This document shows positions 49,601 through 63,110 of a stretch of 64,000 nt of DNA, piece by piece (position 1 is the first letter of the stretch; each line of letters begins with the position of its first letter). Below the pieces are notes generated by a model. That model ran no database searches. It had not been told where the DNA came from and worked only from the letters and a program-made list of their open reading frames with translations. Made by a program: the position numbers and the translations under genes. Source of the DNA: Anthoceros angustus (taxonomy: Eukaryota > Plantae > Anthocerotophyta); contig VJWM01000265.1 of NCBI GenBank assembly GCA_010909165.1, forward strand, positions 62,001 to 126,000, given 5' to 3'.

Positions 49601-50896
49601 GTGCTCAGCGTGCATGCACATGGTGAGCATGCTTCTTGATTCCCTAGCCTGAGCAAAGCTGCCACCTCTCAAACCCTAATGTCGATGCAGAACCTAGACT
49701 GTTTAGAAGTGCCTTTGCTCCCCCTTGTTGTCATACGGGAGCCAATTTACGAGGGGTTCCCAACCTCTAGTTACTCTCCGGTCATCGCCTATACACAAAC
49801 ATCAACTTAGCAACCTATCCACAAAATCCGATTGCTGATCACAAAATAGACTTTACGGGAGGCCTGTTAATGTTGCCACTATCGTCTTGGAGTTGCTGCC
49901 GCAGCTTTAACCTTGGTGACTGCATCGAGAACTAATATTTTGGAAAGGTGACAGGCACCCCAAAATTGAAAGGAGGCTAGAGTTACTAAAATAGAGAACT
50001 TGTGCTCAAACGAAGACTTTTTGCGGTGGCGGAAGGGAGCAACAATTCTTTCCACAAGCAAACTTCTTTTCTTGGCAGTTCGGCACAAAGGTGCCTAACC
50101 GTTATCTGCTCTACGGTAGTTCACGAAAAATGAATTCTATCATTGTTTTGGTGAAATTCTGAAATGTGTTGTGCGCCACCGTTTCCCTTCCTCCGCATTT
50201 GACGGAAAATTTTGGTACCGCCACGGCCTGTTGGCGGTGCCCTACTGGCAGGTCCCGTCGCTAGTGTCTCCCTCCCAAAGAGTTTTCGCTGGCTTGAAAG
50301 TGATTTTCAGGTTCTCAACCGGGGCCGGTGACCGGCATTCGGGAAGTGTGCCATGCGTACAGTTTTTATCCGTAAGGAAAGCTGCTCTTACGGCTGAATC
50401 ATGGTCTCCCACCACAGCGAAACGAAGAGGGAGCGATGTTGCCGCACGCCTTGCGTGCTTGCATCAGGAGAAGAGCAGTAAAAGTGAAATGCGAGGAAAG
50501 GAAGGAGGAGGGGTCGGCGCCGGGCGAGGATAGGAGGCTTTCGGCCTGCATAATTGAAGGCAGCATACATAAATAAGAAATATCACGAAACCGGCAGCCC
50601 GCACCCAGTTGGCAGCCGGGCATAGGTTATGGCAAGATATTCGGCTTGTATTTCCGTGTCACGTTCAAATGCGCAGAGCGAATGCAAGGACTGGCGATCG
50701 GCATATGCCGGAGGCGGAGTGGGGGAGGACGCAACGACACGGATTCGGTGCCATGGCCAAGGCCGGAATATGCTAGCACCGTGCTTGCATTCGGATGTGA
50801 ACCTGAGCCTGAGCCTGAAGCGGAGTAGCGCAAGGGCCTGAGAGGATTCATGGTGCGATCGATCTCCTGCATCGGCCGCCGCGCAGCGTGGTCACC

Positions 50897-51985
50897 ATGA
50901 GCCTTCACCTCAGGGTGGTGCCGCTGCCGCTGCTGTGCCTGGACGGCCCCCCGGCCGGCCCCAGGGCCGCTCCGCCCCGGGCCCGAGCTGCCGCGCCTTC
51001 CAGGGTTTCCCGCAGGACATGGCGCCTCGCCGCGGCGGGAGATGCCGGGGACGCGGCCGGGGAGGAGCGGGATCGGGAGAGGGAAAGCCAGGTGCTGGAG
51101 AAGGAGCGGCGGGATGTGGAGGCCCGCAAGGTGGCCGTCTTCTCCCCCGGGGAGATTGAGAAGCTGCTGGAAGAGCGGGGGGAGTGGCAGCAGCATGCCG
51201 TGCATCAGCAGCACCAGCAGGTGCAGGATGAGGAGGAGGAGAAGGAGGTGGAAGAGCAGCAGCAGCAGGAGCAGCAAGGGCCTGGGATGGTAGGAGGCAC
51301 CATGGTAGGACTCGTGCTGCTAGCCGGCGTGCTCGGGGGATTCGGTGCCCTGGGGTTTCTGTACAAGGAGCAGATCAACGTGGCTTTGCTGCAGTTCTCG
51401 GAGATTCTGGACGGGTACGGGCCGGCGGGGTACGGGCTGTTCGTGGTGGCGTACACAGGGCTGGAGATCCTGGCGGTGCCGGCCATCCCCCTCACCATGT
51501 CCGCGGGGCTGCTGTTCGGGAGCGTAACGGGGACCGTTCTGGTGTCGGTGGCGGGGACCATGGCCGCCACCGCCTCCTTCCTCATCGCCAGGTACCTCAT
51601 CAGAGACCGGATCTTGGAGATGGCCAAGGACAATAAGAAGTTTCTGGCCATCGACCGCGCCATCGGCAGGGACGGGTTCAAGATCGTCACCATCCTCAGG
51701 CTCAGCCCGCTCCTTCCCTTCGCCCTGGGGAACTACCTCTACGGGCTCACCTCCGTGGAGCTGGTGCCCTACGTGCTGGGAAGCTGGCTGGGCATGCTCC
51801 CGGGCACCTGGGCCTACGTTAGCGCCGGTGCCGTCGGCAAGGCCTTCATCCAGCAGGAAGCCGAGGGCCTGCTCCCCGAGGGCCCCGAGAACGCCTGGAT
51901 CCTGGGGCTCGGCCTCCTCGCCACCGTTGCTGCTGCGGGCTACGTCAACCAGCTCGCCAAAGAAGCTCTCAAGGAGATTGAATGA
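50897..51985 (+). CDS. TVP38/TMEM64 (SNARE-associated, VTT/DedA) membrane protein with a probable plastid transit peptide; intronless
   Basis: LEILAVPAIPLTMSAGLLFG..ASFLIARY..LRLSPLLPFALGNYLYGLT..LGMLPGTWAYV; A/R/P/S-rich N-terminus. Confidence 0.92.
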   Translation: MSLHLRVVPLPLLCLDGPPAGPRAAPPRARAAAPSRVSRRTWRLAAAGDAGDAAGEERDRERESQVLEKERRDVEARKVAVFSPGEIEKLLEERGEWQQHAVHQQHQQVQDEEEEKEVEEQQQQEQQGPGMVGGTMVGLVLLAGVLGGFGALGFLYKEQINVALLQFSEILDGYGPAGYGLFVVAYTGLEILAVPAIPLTMSAGLLFGSVTGTVLVSVAGTMAATASFLIARYLIRDRILEMAKDNKKFLAIDRAIGRDGFKIVTILRLSPLLPFALGNYLYGLTSVELVPYVLGSWLGMLPGTWAYVSAGAVGKAFIQQEAEGLLPEGPENAWILGLGLLATVAAAGYVNQLAKEALKEIE

Positions 51986-52339
51986 CCTCCATCCCGTCTT
52001 TGTACAATGGCTGTAAAGTTTTCTGGTTGGCACATCCTTCCAGCCCTCTGGCCCGGATCGCTGCGAACTCTTCTTCCTATTTAGGACAGACTGTTGCGAG
52101 TGTATATTTTCCAGTCTCTTGGTGTAGGCTTATCCAAATTATACAACAATCTTCCTTCCTTGACATCTTCGAAGGATGTCAGGAACTCTCATCCAAGAAT
52201 GCCTTATATCGGAGAGGCATTTTCTTCGTTTTACGAAGACGTCTACAAGACGCATTTCTGCATCCCTACATTTCTGCACCCCTACATTTCCGCACCCATG
52301 GAAAGACGTACACATTCAAACGTCGAGTTGACCCACTTG

Positions 52340-52900
52340 TGTAGAAACCTGGGAACGCAAGGAGCAGGAGCACTTGTGCCAACAATTTTTTCTCGGCCCT
52401 ACCATGTGGTGGGATAACAGTCGAGATAAGAAGATCAGCCTCCGAAGCAGGCATGGATGTCTTTGTCCCTATCGCAGCATACTGCGCAATCTCTTCAAAC
52501 CAGGGAAACCCGCAGGACATTCACGTCCCTGATTTGCACAGGAGACTGTCGCAGCTGCATGATGCCGATGCTTCAACAAAGTGTTGAAATCGAAGATTGT
52601 GCTGAACAAAACACGTTGCTGAATTGAAGCAACTGGCAGAAAGTTCAAGGGCTCCAGAAACTCGCCACCAACACTCACACAGCATGCCAGGTGCAGTGCA
52701 AGTGGCATGCTCATGGCTTTAAACAATTGAATTGAGCACAAGTTGGCAACCATCTGGCCAAGGTTTGCTTGCCCAGATGGAAGGAACATCAAAGTTCCAC
52801 AGCAGCAAACAATTCAAGGCAGCTCCAGTTGGCAACCATCTGGCGATGATTGCTTGCTCTAACGGAAGGAACACCAAAGTTGGGGTACTCACTTGCACAT
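52340..52900 (+). pseudogene. Decayed PDF-PPR gene (PDF motif start plus PPR S-motif remnants)
   Basis: 52358-52440 reads KEQEHLCQQFFLGPTMWWDNSRDKK. 52828-52870 reads VGNHLAMIACSNGR, compared with LGNHVLRMYACGGR in the intact gene. Confidence 0.7.
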
Positions 52901-53669
52901 GCTTGCAAAAGACGACACACAAAGGTCAGGGGTTTGGCACAGCTGGCCCTCCCTTGCATTCTGGCACAAATCATGGCTCAGTTTTCCAGCATGTCACAGT
53001 GCCAAGATAAGTTGAGCTCGACCCCCGTGGCTTACAGACATCGAGCCTGATGATACAAGTTACTTGCAGCTGAAACAATTCTGCAAGCGAGAGGAGACAC
53101 ATTGTTTGCAACCAGCAGAAGACACATCTTTCGTGAAGACCTATTCTTCCAACCTTCCTAGCACGAGGGCTAGAAGCCTGCAGAAACCATCCATTTGACA
53201 CTGTCCACTCAGCAGGGCTGGAGCCGACTCGGGCCAGGTCACAGCTTCCTGGTGAAGCCAACAGGCATCTCGACAAGCCACGAGCCGGGCAAGGCTCTCA
53301 CCAGGAACAACCCGGGTCACATTTAAGTGCCTTGTGCAGGCATGAGCACTTGTCTACCGATTGAAGTAGTGGGTCCGGAAAAGGCAGTGCAGCTTCATTT
53401 TCAACTCGTGGTTGTTCAAGACAAAACGAATTTATGTTCTCAACTAGGTACTCCTACTCTTGGAAAAGATGTACTTACAATAATTGTAATAAGTTTTTAC
53501 AAAACACTATTCTATAATAACTCAATACCTATAATATTTAATGACAATATCAAAATTTTAATTTTACAACTATTAATTTTTAAAATAATAACTACCTAGG
53601 GTATAGGATTACAACTGTATATGAATTTACCTCTTAGACAAAATATACCGCATATATGAAATATATCGG

Positions 53670-53852
53670 ATGTGCCAAATGTAGCGAATGTGGTAAACGC
53701 GGCGAATATGGTGAATGTAGCGAATGTGGTGAATTTAGCGAATGACGTAAATATAGTGAATGCGGTTTATGAAGCAAATGTGGTGAAGGAAGCGAATGTG
53801 GTGAATATAGCGAATGTGATGAACGTGGCAAATGTGGTGAATGTGGTGAATG
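53670..53852. repeat. 9/18-bp low-complexity tandem repeat (AATGTGGTG/AATGTAGCG)
   Basis: Visible periodicity; translates as NVVN/NVAN. Confidence 0.8.
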
Positions 53853-54263
53853 TTTTTCCCAGACTAAGAATCAAGTACTAGTTTTAGTTTGTACTTAATT
53901 TTCTTCTATATTCATATAACCAAAAATTATTAGTGATTTCCATATCTAAGGACTGTTAGTGGCAATCAAATTTGCAATTAAGTGATTAGTTTCAAGACGA
54001 CAGTTTGAAGCAAACTTGGATATGTGTTTTGCACTAATAATAGATCATCCATATTTTAATGCAATTCCAAGCCGGAGAAAAACTCAAATTCCAAGCAAGT
54101 ACATGGAATCAGAATTTAAAAGACGTCTGCTATAAATTTGTTGAATACAGACCATGTACTCGACATTGGACCTCCAAATATGAACAACAACATCGAGAGG
54201 TAAATGCAGAGGCGGAAGGGTTCAGAGTTCTAATTGATAAGCCTCTTTTGATAGGCCCGGGAC

Positions 54264-54780
54264 AATGTCTATGAGCACGTTATCCTCAACCCTCGAGTTG
54301 GGCGGCGGAAGGCTGCGCGACGGCCAAGGTCCACGAGTACTCTTCTATGCACAACGACCGCACTTTTATCCCCCTCACCATCGAGACTCACGGGGACATG
54401 GCTCGGGACTTCTCGAAGTTCCTCAAGGCCTGTGCTAAGGCTTACCATGATCGTGGGAATGGGGTTAGTCTCTTCCTTTCTTGTATTGTGTCTTTCTTTA
54501 GGCAACGTGTGTCCATCGCCCTGCAGAGGCTGTTGGCGAACGCGGTATACGGATGGCGACTAGCACAGGGGAGGCGGCCGGCTTCTACGGCGACGGTGGT
54601 AGGTGGGCCCTTTCTTATCCCCGATCACGAGATTCTTAGGACAATAGGTAGTTTTGAGAAAAGTGATCGTGGGAGTTAGTCCCCCTTGGCCTAGTGCCCT
54701 TTGTTGGGTTGACCCTTTTTTTTCGGTGTAGATGCTATTTTTTCTATCTCTTTTCTTTCTACATAAAGTCTCCCCTTCTT
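54264..54780 (+). mobile_element. 3' fragment of an RLE-endonuclease (CRE/NeSL-like) non-LTR retrotransposon
   Basis: FIPLTIETHG..FFRQRVSIALQR; homologous to 60650-61310; pyrimidine-rich 3' UTR. Confidence 0.65.
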
Positions 54781-54912
54781 AGCCTCTTTACTTGGCTATC
54801 GAATTCTTTGCTGCTATAGTAGAATGAAGCTGTGTCTACTAAGTTTGAAACACTTAGAAGAATTAAAGTTTAATGAGCGCTTCGAACTCAGCAGATACAG
54901 CTTGTTGTTCGG

Positions 54913-57900
54913 TGTGGAAGACCACATATACACTAGCCCCTCTCTAAAGTGTCGGGATGAACGATTTTTTTTGTTTTGAGAGTGTTTGTATAGCAAAGTG
55001 CTTTGAGAATCGCCTGGGTAAGGTCTTTTATACGAGAATGGTCCTTGGCCCTTGGGATAATAATTTGTTTTTTTTGAACCTTAGGTTTTTCGACCGGATA
55101 GGTAGGTCGGAGATAGAGTCCTTGGGTTTTGGTGATTTTAGAAATAAGAAAGTGTCTATATATGTTAGGTGCCTACACCGCCACGCGCAGCTGGGGAGGT
55201 AGCCGCCCACCACGGTGGTCAAGAACGGACGCATGCACTGTGGGAGTTTACAACCCTAGTGGCGAGCCGCCGCATGGAGCGCAATCGAGAGACGACACAC
55301 CCAAAGACCGCGAGGTCGCGAAATTCGGGCTGTAGCCGTGAGCCGCAGCAGCCGGGCGCGCGATGCAACCGCTGGCGAGCCTGCTTGCAGGTGCTGGACG
55401 ACGCTACGGCCGTGGCGACGGCGGGCGGAAAAGAGAACCAAAGGGCGTAGCGAAGGAGGAAAAGAGACGCTGAGGCAAGAGCGCCAACAAGCAAGTGGAG
55501 GAGACGCGAGGGTGGTGTTCCTTTCTCGACCGGCAGTGGAGTGTTGGGTTCTTTTCCAAGAAACAAGGAGAAAGAGAGATGGCGCCCGAGTCGTCAAATT
55601 ACCATGCAAAGGCCCAACATGGACCATCGGAAGGTGAGAGCGGCACCGTGCGGAGCCGGGTCTGGAATTTATGGAGATGAAATGGTGTTACGATACCAAA
55701 GATTGGTGCAAGAGTGCGCCTGCAATTGAGAACCAAGTTGCAAGAGGGAGACGCGAGGAAGAGGCCGCAAACTGGATTTGGGACTCTTTCGAGCAAGGTA
55801 TGGGCGAGAAGCATCGAGGATGGAAGCTTGGTAATTGACCCCGAGAAAGAAGACCCCGAGAGCCGCAGCCGCGCCATGAAGCCTGGGAAGTGAGAGTGAA
55901 CAATGGATGGGTGACTCGCCAACTCGTGTCTCAAGGCATGGTGGGATTAGCCAAGTGGATTTTGTGTTTCGCAATCGAAGTTGGATCATATGGCGCACTA
56001 CTCGGTCTTTCTTCATGAGGTGGTTAAAGGTACACAATCGATTGGGGCGGATGATCTTTGAAAGAGCCTGTGAGGAGAGGGCGAATTTGCTCTCCCCTTC
56101 CCCTCGACCCTCCTTGATTTCACCTTTTCTAATTCATGTGTTCGCGCATTCCGGGTGTCTAACGGAGTTGGAAGCTGTGTCTGCCCTTCATAGCTGGAAA
56201 CCGGTCAGGGAACTCAAGGTAGAGGAGGAGGAGTGTAAGGAAGATTCCGGAAGGATTCCAGTTGGGAATCGCTCCCTAGAAGATTCGGATGAAGGTGGGG
56301 AGGTTTCAAGGGCAAGAAGCGAGGGCGCGACGGCCGAACGGGGTCGAAGAAGGGAAGGACCAAGAAGAGGAACCCACACACACCTAGGGTCACCAGTCGA
56401 AATCGGCAGCAGAACGCGAGTGAAGGAGGAGAAAATAAAAGGGAACGACAAGTTGTGCCCTCTGTGGGGAGGAGTCGCCGCTAGGAGAGATTGGAGCGGA
56501 TGAGGAGATTGTGGCAAACCAACCCCTAGAAGAAGAGGGGTTAGTTCGATAGCCAAGTCCGCGGAGCTCGAACATTTTGGCGACATTTCACCGACCGTCC
56601 ATCAAGTGGAGGCAGTGACACCGTCAAGGCAGAATTGTTGTGGAAGGGAATGGGCACGGGACAGCCCAATTCGAATCTGCAGGACTTGACACGCCATGGC
56701 TCGACGCAGCGGATCTCCTCGACCAGCCCATGGCTCTCACCGGCCGAGTGTGCAGGCCAGGAAAAGTTGCTCAAGGAGAAGTTGGAGAGCCCGAAGGCGA
56801 GAACAAGGTGGCGAGGAGCGCAGACGGAATGCGAGGCGGCCCTATGCAAGGCATGTGAGCGCTAAAGGCCATGTCCACCCAACAGAGGCCTTAGTGAATC
56901 AGTCAAGGGGCGATGCCACAATCGAGGAGCTTCAAGATGAGGTCTCATGAGCCTGTGAACAAATGGAAACAATGGCGCCCGAGAAATTCAAGAAGTCATG
57001 AGAGATATAAGCGAGAGAGATGAAGCTAGGGCCGAGTCAAGAGAGAGGTGGCCAAACCAAGAAGGCGAGCCACAAAGAACCGCAGAGTCAAGCCACCACC
57101 GGGGAAACTACCACCACGGTGGCTAAACCGCCACCGCCGCGAAGGAGGAACCGAGGTGGGGAAGTCACCGATGAGCGCCGCAGTGGGGATACGATCCTCG
57201 AACCGGCCCCGCCTGTGATTGTCCACGGAGGAGAGGGTAAGAACCTCAGTCAAGAGCGACAGTTACGGCCCGGATGAGGATGCTCATGTCCTCGGCCGCC
57301 GCATGGTGAGCGGTGCTCACTCTAAATGTGTATGTGGTTGTTGGGACAGAGGGGCGTAAACTATTGGTCGACATCTTGACCGCCACGGCGCTACTGGTTC
57401 TTCCGAACGGGAGCGGGGCCTACCCCCAAGTGGTGATCGAGGAAATGAGCGGCGTGCATGGAGGGAGGAGCACACGGTGGCTGTCCAAATGATGAGGAGC
57501 GGAATAACAGGCCTAGGGCCTATAGACGAACGACGCCCATGGGAAGACGCCAAGAAACCGCAGTGCGATGCCGAGGTGGAGGTTTTGGGGAGAATCGCTC
57601 GGATCGGGCGTGGCGGGAGGCGAGAGCGACGGAACCCCACCGCAGGGCTAGGCAAAGAATCATGACGCGCTACCGATTTTAGGAGAGCGACATCATAGGC
57701 CGAGGCTTCTTTTGGGTAGGGGATAGGATGTTTTGAGGACCCGTGGCTGTAGTTTCTGAATTGGTAGGAGCGCCGTGGTAGTGGGCCATATTTTCTAGAC
57801 ACCGGTAGGAGTGAGTGGAAATCCATACCGAATGTATAAGAGACCCTTGAGAGTCTCTCCTAATGACAATTTCGTGTGAACTTCCGTGTTGAAGCTATGC

Positions 57901-58765
57901 GCGAGGTTGATTGGAGACGCGATCAAGATCAAACTCGTTCGATGCACCGCCTTCTCGTCACAAGAAGGCCGGAAGATCCTGGATGGTCGAGAGCGAGTGG
58001 CCAAGCTCCACTGGGTGACGGAAGGTGCGCTACCGAAAAGAGGTAGGAATTGCCGCGGAAGGCCGAGGCGGAACTGCCGGAAGGCGGATCGCCCAAGCAC
58101 TGACCGGGGTTTTCTTTCCTGATCCCCTTTCCCGACTGCTGCCACCAGGTGTGTTTATTCCACTAGAGGGGGGTCTGTGTGGCCCAAGGAGGGGTCTGTG
58201 TGGCCCAAGGAGGGGTCTGTGTGGCCCAAGGAGGGGTCTGTGTGGCCCAAGGAGGGGTCTGTGTGGCCCGAGAGGGGGGTCTGTGTGGCCCGTGAGGCGA
58301 AAGAAAGTGCATTAGGAAGAGAAAGGTTCCCGAAGGGGTAGATGAGTGCGCGCTGTGAGGGATTGTGAGAGTGTGTGAGGGAAAATCGGAAATGCGTAAG
58401 AGGGTGGAAGCGCGGAATCAGAAATTCCTAGAGGTAGAGTGAGGTGTATATAGGTGTTTGTATGCCCATAGCCCCCAAGGTCTGCGCCAGAGAAGCCGGT
58501 GACAAATAGACCGCGACAAAGGCGCTGGTGGGACCCGCCACGTGGTGGCCGAATCTACCACGTGGTGGCCGAATCTACCACGGTGGTGGGTTTGGGTAGG
58601 GTAGCTGGAGAAGGTGGGGTAGTGAGCGACGGGGTAGGTCCAGAATCCATAGATTCGAACACCTTGACACAAAACTATTCCCTTGGGATCGAATCCTAGG
58701 ACTATAACGACATAGAGGGTAAATGTGGCCTCTTTGCGTCTTCGGATGCAAAAACCCATTCCACA
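54913..58765 (+). mobile_element. 3.85-kb TGTGG..CCACA element (giant solo-LTR-like) with 5-bp TSD TTCGG
   Basis: TTCGG at 54908-54912 and 58766-58770. Decayed ORF from ~55579 with IDWGRMIF..ISPFLIHVFAH. Confidence 0.85.
58168..58291. repeat. 21-bp minisatellite, ~6 copies
   Basis: GGAGGGGTCTGTGTGGCCCAA repeated. Confidence 0.92.
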
Positions 58766-59222
58766 TTCGGTCTAAAGAGGGACAAGACTGTCCAAGCTGA
58801 GTTGAGGTGGGTTTGGAAGCCATAACATGGGCTAGTGTAGAAGAAGAGCCTTCCTTCAAATTTCTTGGCCGAATGCAGAATACTAGGGTGTGATCAATAG
58901 TGTTCAAATGACGCATAGAGATAATCCTATTAAGCAAAAAGAAGGAGTCCATTTTAATTTTTTCTTTTTTCTTGTACAATTTAAATTTTTTCCTAACCTT
59001 GATTGAAAAAATATTTTTGCAAACTAAGTTTTTGCGTTGCTGCCATTCATGTATGTTTTTTACATCACACATCCGCACCGCTCTTTTTAGTGGTTCCTCT
59101 GCTTCACTATATATTCTCCCGTATCTGCCTCCCCTCCTTTGTGCTTACTACACACAATGTGGTTGTCTTCTTACCTTTCATCAAGCTTGCATGTTCTAGT
59201 TTCTTGTTTTAAGTTAGTTATT

Positions 59223-59235
59223 TTTTCTTGTAGTG
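59223..59235 (-). mobile_element. CACTA TIR, right end
   Basis: TTTTCTTGTAGTG is the reverse complement of CACTACAAGAAAA. Confidence 0.5.
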
Positions 59236-60649
59236 AGCACATTTGTTACATTATTTGTTTAATTGCTATTGTGTCGAGGTTGGCTATAGTTTTTGTCATG
59301 TCAAACTTATAGATGTTGTTGTTTTGTCGGTCTTTAACAACTTAATGCACAAGGCAGAGTCTGTATTTATTTTTCCTACACAAGCTTCACCGTTAACCCC
59401 CCATCATTAGTACATTACTCACTAGGTTTACTGTCAAACCTGCTACCTATTTTCTATCTTTTTTATTTACAAAGTTGTACTTGCTGTATAGGAACCAACC
59501 TGTGCTTTGGGTGTAATCACTTCGCTAGCAACTTGGCCAGACAGTCTGCATCTTGGCTAGCCATTTTGTATGTGCAGGTCTGCTTCATGTTCTTCTTTGT
59601 CATGCCTTGTTAGCTATCTTAGGTTTTATGTCTCCATGTTACGTCCTATTCGAAACTTTTGATTGATTGATATTGAGTTTGTTACACGGTGCAAGTCTCT
59701 ACCTAGGAAAACTTGACCAACCAGTCTGTATGTGCAAGTCTACCTCATGTTATTCTTTGCTGCTAATAATTAGGTTTCACTTTGTGTATTATATTGTTGC
59801 TGGTACATCGCTACTGAGTAATTGTACTGTCTTGGTTATGCCAAGTTCTCCTTTTTCACGCGAAGTCTTTACCGAATCAAGGATTCTCTATCTATAAATG
59901 TAGTCACTCTAAGTTTGTGTATGGGTTAACGCCAATTTGTTTAATCTGATTACTAAAGGAAATGTAGAGCTCTTCACCTAGTTAGCTACTGGGTGAATTT
60001 TTTTTCTACAACTTGCTTGGTAGTTCTTGTTAGCAACTTATTTTACCCACATGTTCTGATTTCCACCCACTAGTTTTGGTTATTACTTGTTATTGTTACC
60101 CATATGTTCTAATTTCTACCTACGATATTTGGGAGTTTACCTATATGAGTGAAAATTTGAACATTCTCTCTTTACTTTCTATCCACTTTTATCCGGTCTA
60201 GAGGCGAGCGAGCGGGTCGAACCTCCTACCGAGGCAGCGGTTTTACGAACCGATGTTGTTGAAGCACAATATTATCTAGATCCGCATTCCTGTCAATGAA
60301 GGATTGTTGGCATATTTATCCTTCGTTGCTTCAACTCTAGTACCTCCATATCTTCAACCTCCATTTTGTAATCTGCTTTACTTCACATCAAAGTTGCAAA
60401 TAGAGAGTAAATCTTCAAACTTTTAGACCTGGATGTTCGATAACTATGTTTCTTCCATCCTTTGTACAAGATAAACAACAATAAATAATCTCAATCGTAC
60501 TATTAGCAATTATCGCATAAGTATTAACAACACCAAGAAACCAATATGTGCAATTGTACATAAATAAAATCAATGGTCATTGCTAATAAATTAACATGAA
60601 AGTACAATGTAACAACAAAAAGAAACTAAATACTTAGATGTCATGTTCT

Positions 60650-61310
60650 CAAAGGCCGAGGAGAGCGGATTTCTTCCGCACAGGGAGTGCCCATACACCC
60701 CCCACAATGGCGTGTCGCTAAGGGCAGAACTATTTCTGACCAGGAGGAATTAAATCTCTATTGCGAATGTCATCCTAACGGATCCTACTTGGACATCATT
60801 TGTGAGCACGTCATCATCAACCCTTCGGGTTGGGCGACTGAGGGATGCGCGACATCCAAAGTAAACAAGTACACGCCTATGCAGGACGGCCATGCCTTCA
60901 TCCTACTCGCCATCAAGACCCACGAGGCCATGAGCAAGGATTTTGGATGGCTCACAAAGGATTGTGCTAAACCCTACCACAGTCGACGAAATGGGGTGGG
61001 TCTTCTCCTTTCCTCTGTGGTGGCTTTCTTTCGACAACGGGTTTCCATCGCCCTGTGGAGGGCGTTGGTCAACGCTGTTTACAAGACAAGCGCAGGAGAC
61101 ACGGCATTAGTGACACCGGTCGTAGGTAAGCCTTTTCTCAAGTCTGACCACGATATACTTGGGGCGGTTGGTAGTTTCAGGATCGACATTTGGGGGGGCT
61201 AGGCCCCCCCTCTCCCTCCCCCTCCTCCTCCTGGCCCTTGTCCCTTTAATGGCTTGTTCCTCATCCACTCGGGGTAAATGGTTTTCCCATCCCTTCTTTT
61301 TTATAAAGTC
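60650..61310 (+). mobile_element. 3' fragment of an RLE-type non-LTR retrotransposon (second copy)
   Basis: KVNKYTPMQDGHAFILLAIKTHE..FFRQRVSIALWRALVNAVY; same 3' UTR ending TAAAGTCTCC. Confidence 0.65.
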
Positions 61311-61595
61311 TCCATTTCTCGTAATACTTATGAAATTAAGTAATAATAAATTAAATACTAAGTAAATATTACAAGCAGGTACAATAGACAAACTAAAACA
61401 ATTTCAAAACACATACACAAGGGTAGACAAACTAGATTTTACTCTAGGATTACACCTTAACTCGGGGTTCGGGTCGGCTTCTTGGGAACCAGGCAGACTA
61501 TGTAGGTATTTTGGTGTCCCTTTCGGTCTCCTTTCTTTCCCCTCGTGTTTGTCCTTCACGAAGTCGGCGGCTGCCGGGAGTTGCAGGCGGCAGCG

Positions 61596-62464
<869 letters not shown>

Positions 62465-62827
62465 GGACTACAATTTTGAGTAATTTTGGAGTAGGTTTTT
62501 GGGTATCAGCGGAGGACGAATTGCTCTGTACTTTTTCTGACTGCGGAGTATATATGCAACATTAATTGCATCCTGCAGCCTAAAGGTTGTGCTTTGTCCT
62601 CCCGAGAAGGTGATTCTTTTGTCAATGTTTCTGATCAATGCACAATTATGCTACAGGGCACCTGTATGTTGCTTCGATTGAATTCGTTAGTTTGTCGTCT
62701 CAGTTTCCATCACGCAGTAAGCTTAACAATTTACATGTATACGAAGAGTTGCCGACCAACTGAACTGCATCAGCCATGCATCCGCAGATTCTCCGTGTTT
62801 GCCTTGCTCGCCTGCCAAGACCAGCCC

Positions 62828-63110
62828 GGTTAGGCACGTCAGATAAACTGAAACTCTCACGACACAAGCAAAGTGAACCGAAAGCTTATGAGGTGGGGTT
62901 TCACATATCTATCCTTTGAGCTGAAGACTTCCTTTTTGTTCTGTTGTCCTCGAGACGGTGCTTTTGCAGTCTTCAGGATGGCTTGGCAAAATCATAACAG
63001 CAGCTCGGTTAGACACATCAGATTAACTGGAACTCTCACGACACAAGCAATGTGAACCGAAAGCTTGTGAGGTGGGGTTTCACATATCGATCTTTGGAGC
63101 TGGAGACTTA
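62828..63110. repeat. Two ~100-bp direct repeats spaced ~179 bp apart
   Basis: AACTCTCACGACACAAGCAA.GTGAACCGAAAGCTT.TGAGGTGGGGTTTCACATATC at ~62852 and ~63031. Confidence 0.8.

Noticed and set aside
58701-58712. ACTATAACG resembles the LSU rRNA homing-endonuclease site
   Set aside because: Only 9 bp match and there is no rRNA context; better explained as the element's subterminal motif.
15378-59235. One giant CACTA element joining the TIRs at 15378 or 37668 with 59235
   Set aside because: The 3-bp flanks do not match (GAG or ATA versus AGC), and no CACTA transposase was recognised.
60200-60270. tRNA-like sequence on the minus strand (GGTTCGACCC); a similar B box occurs at ~16990-17055
   Set aside because: No acceptor or D stem, so it cannot be called a tRNA.
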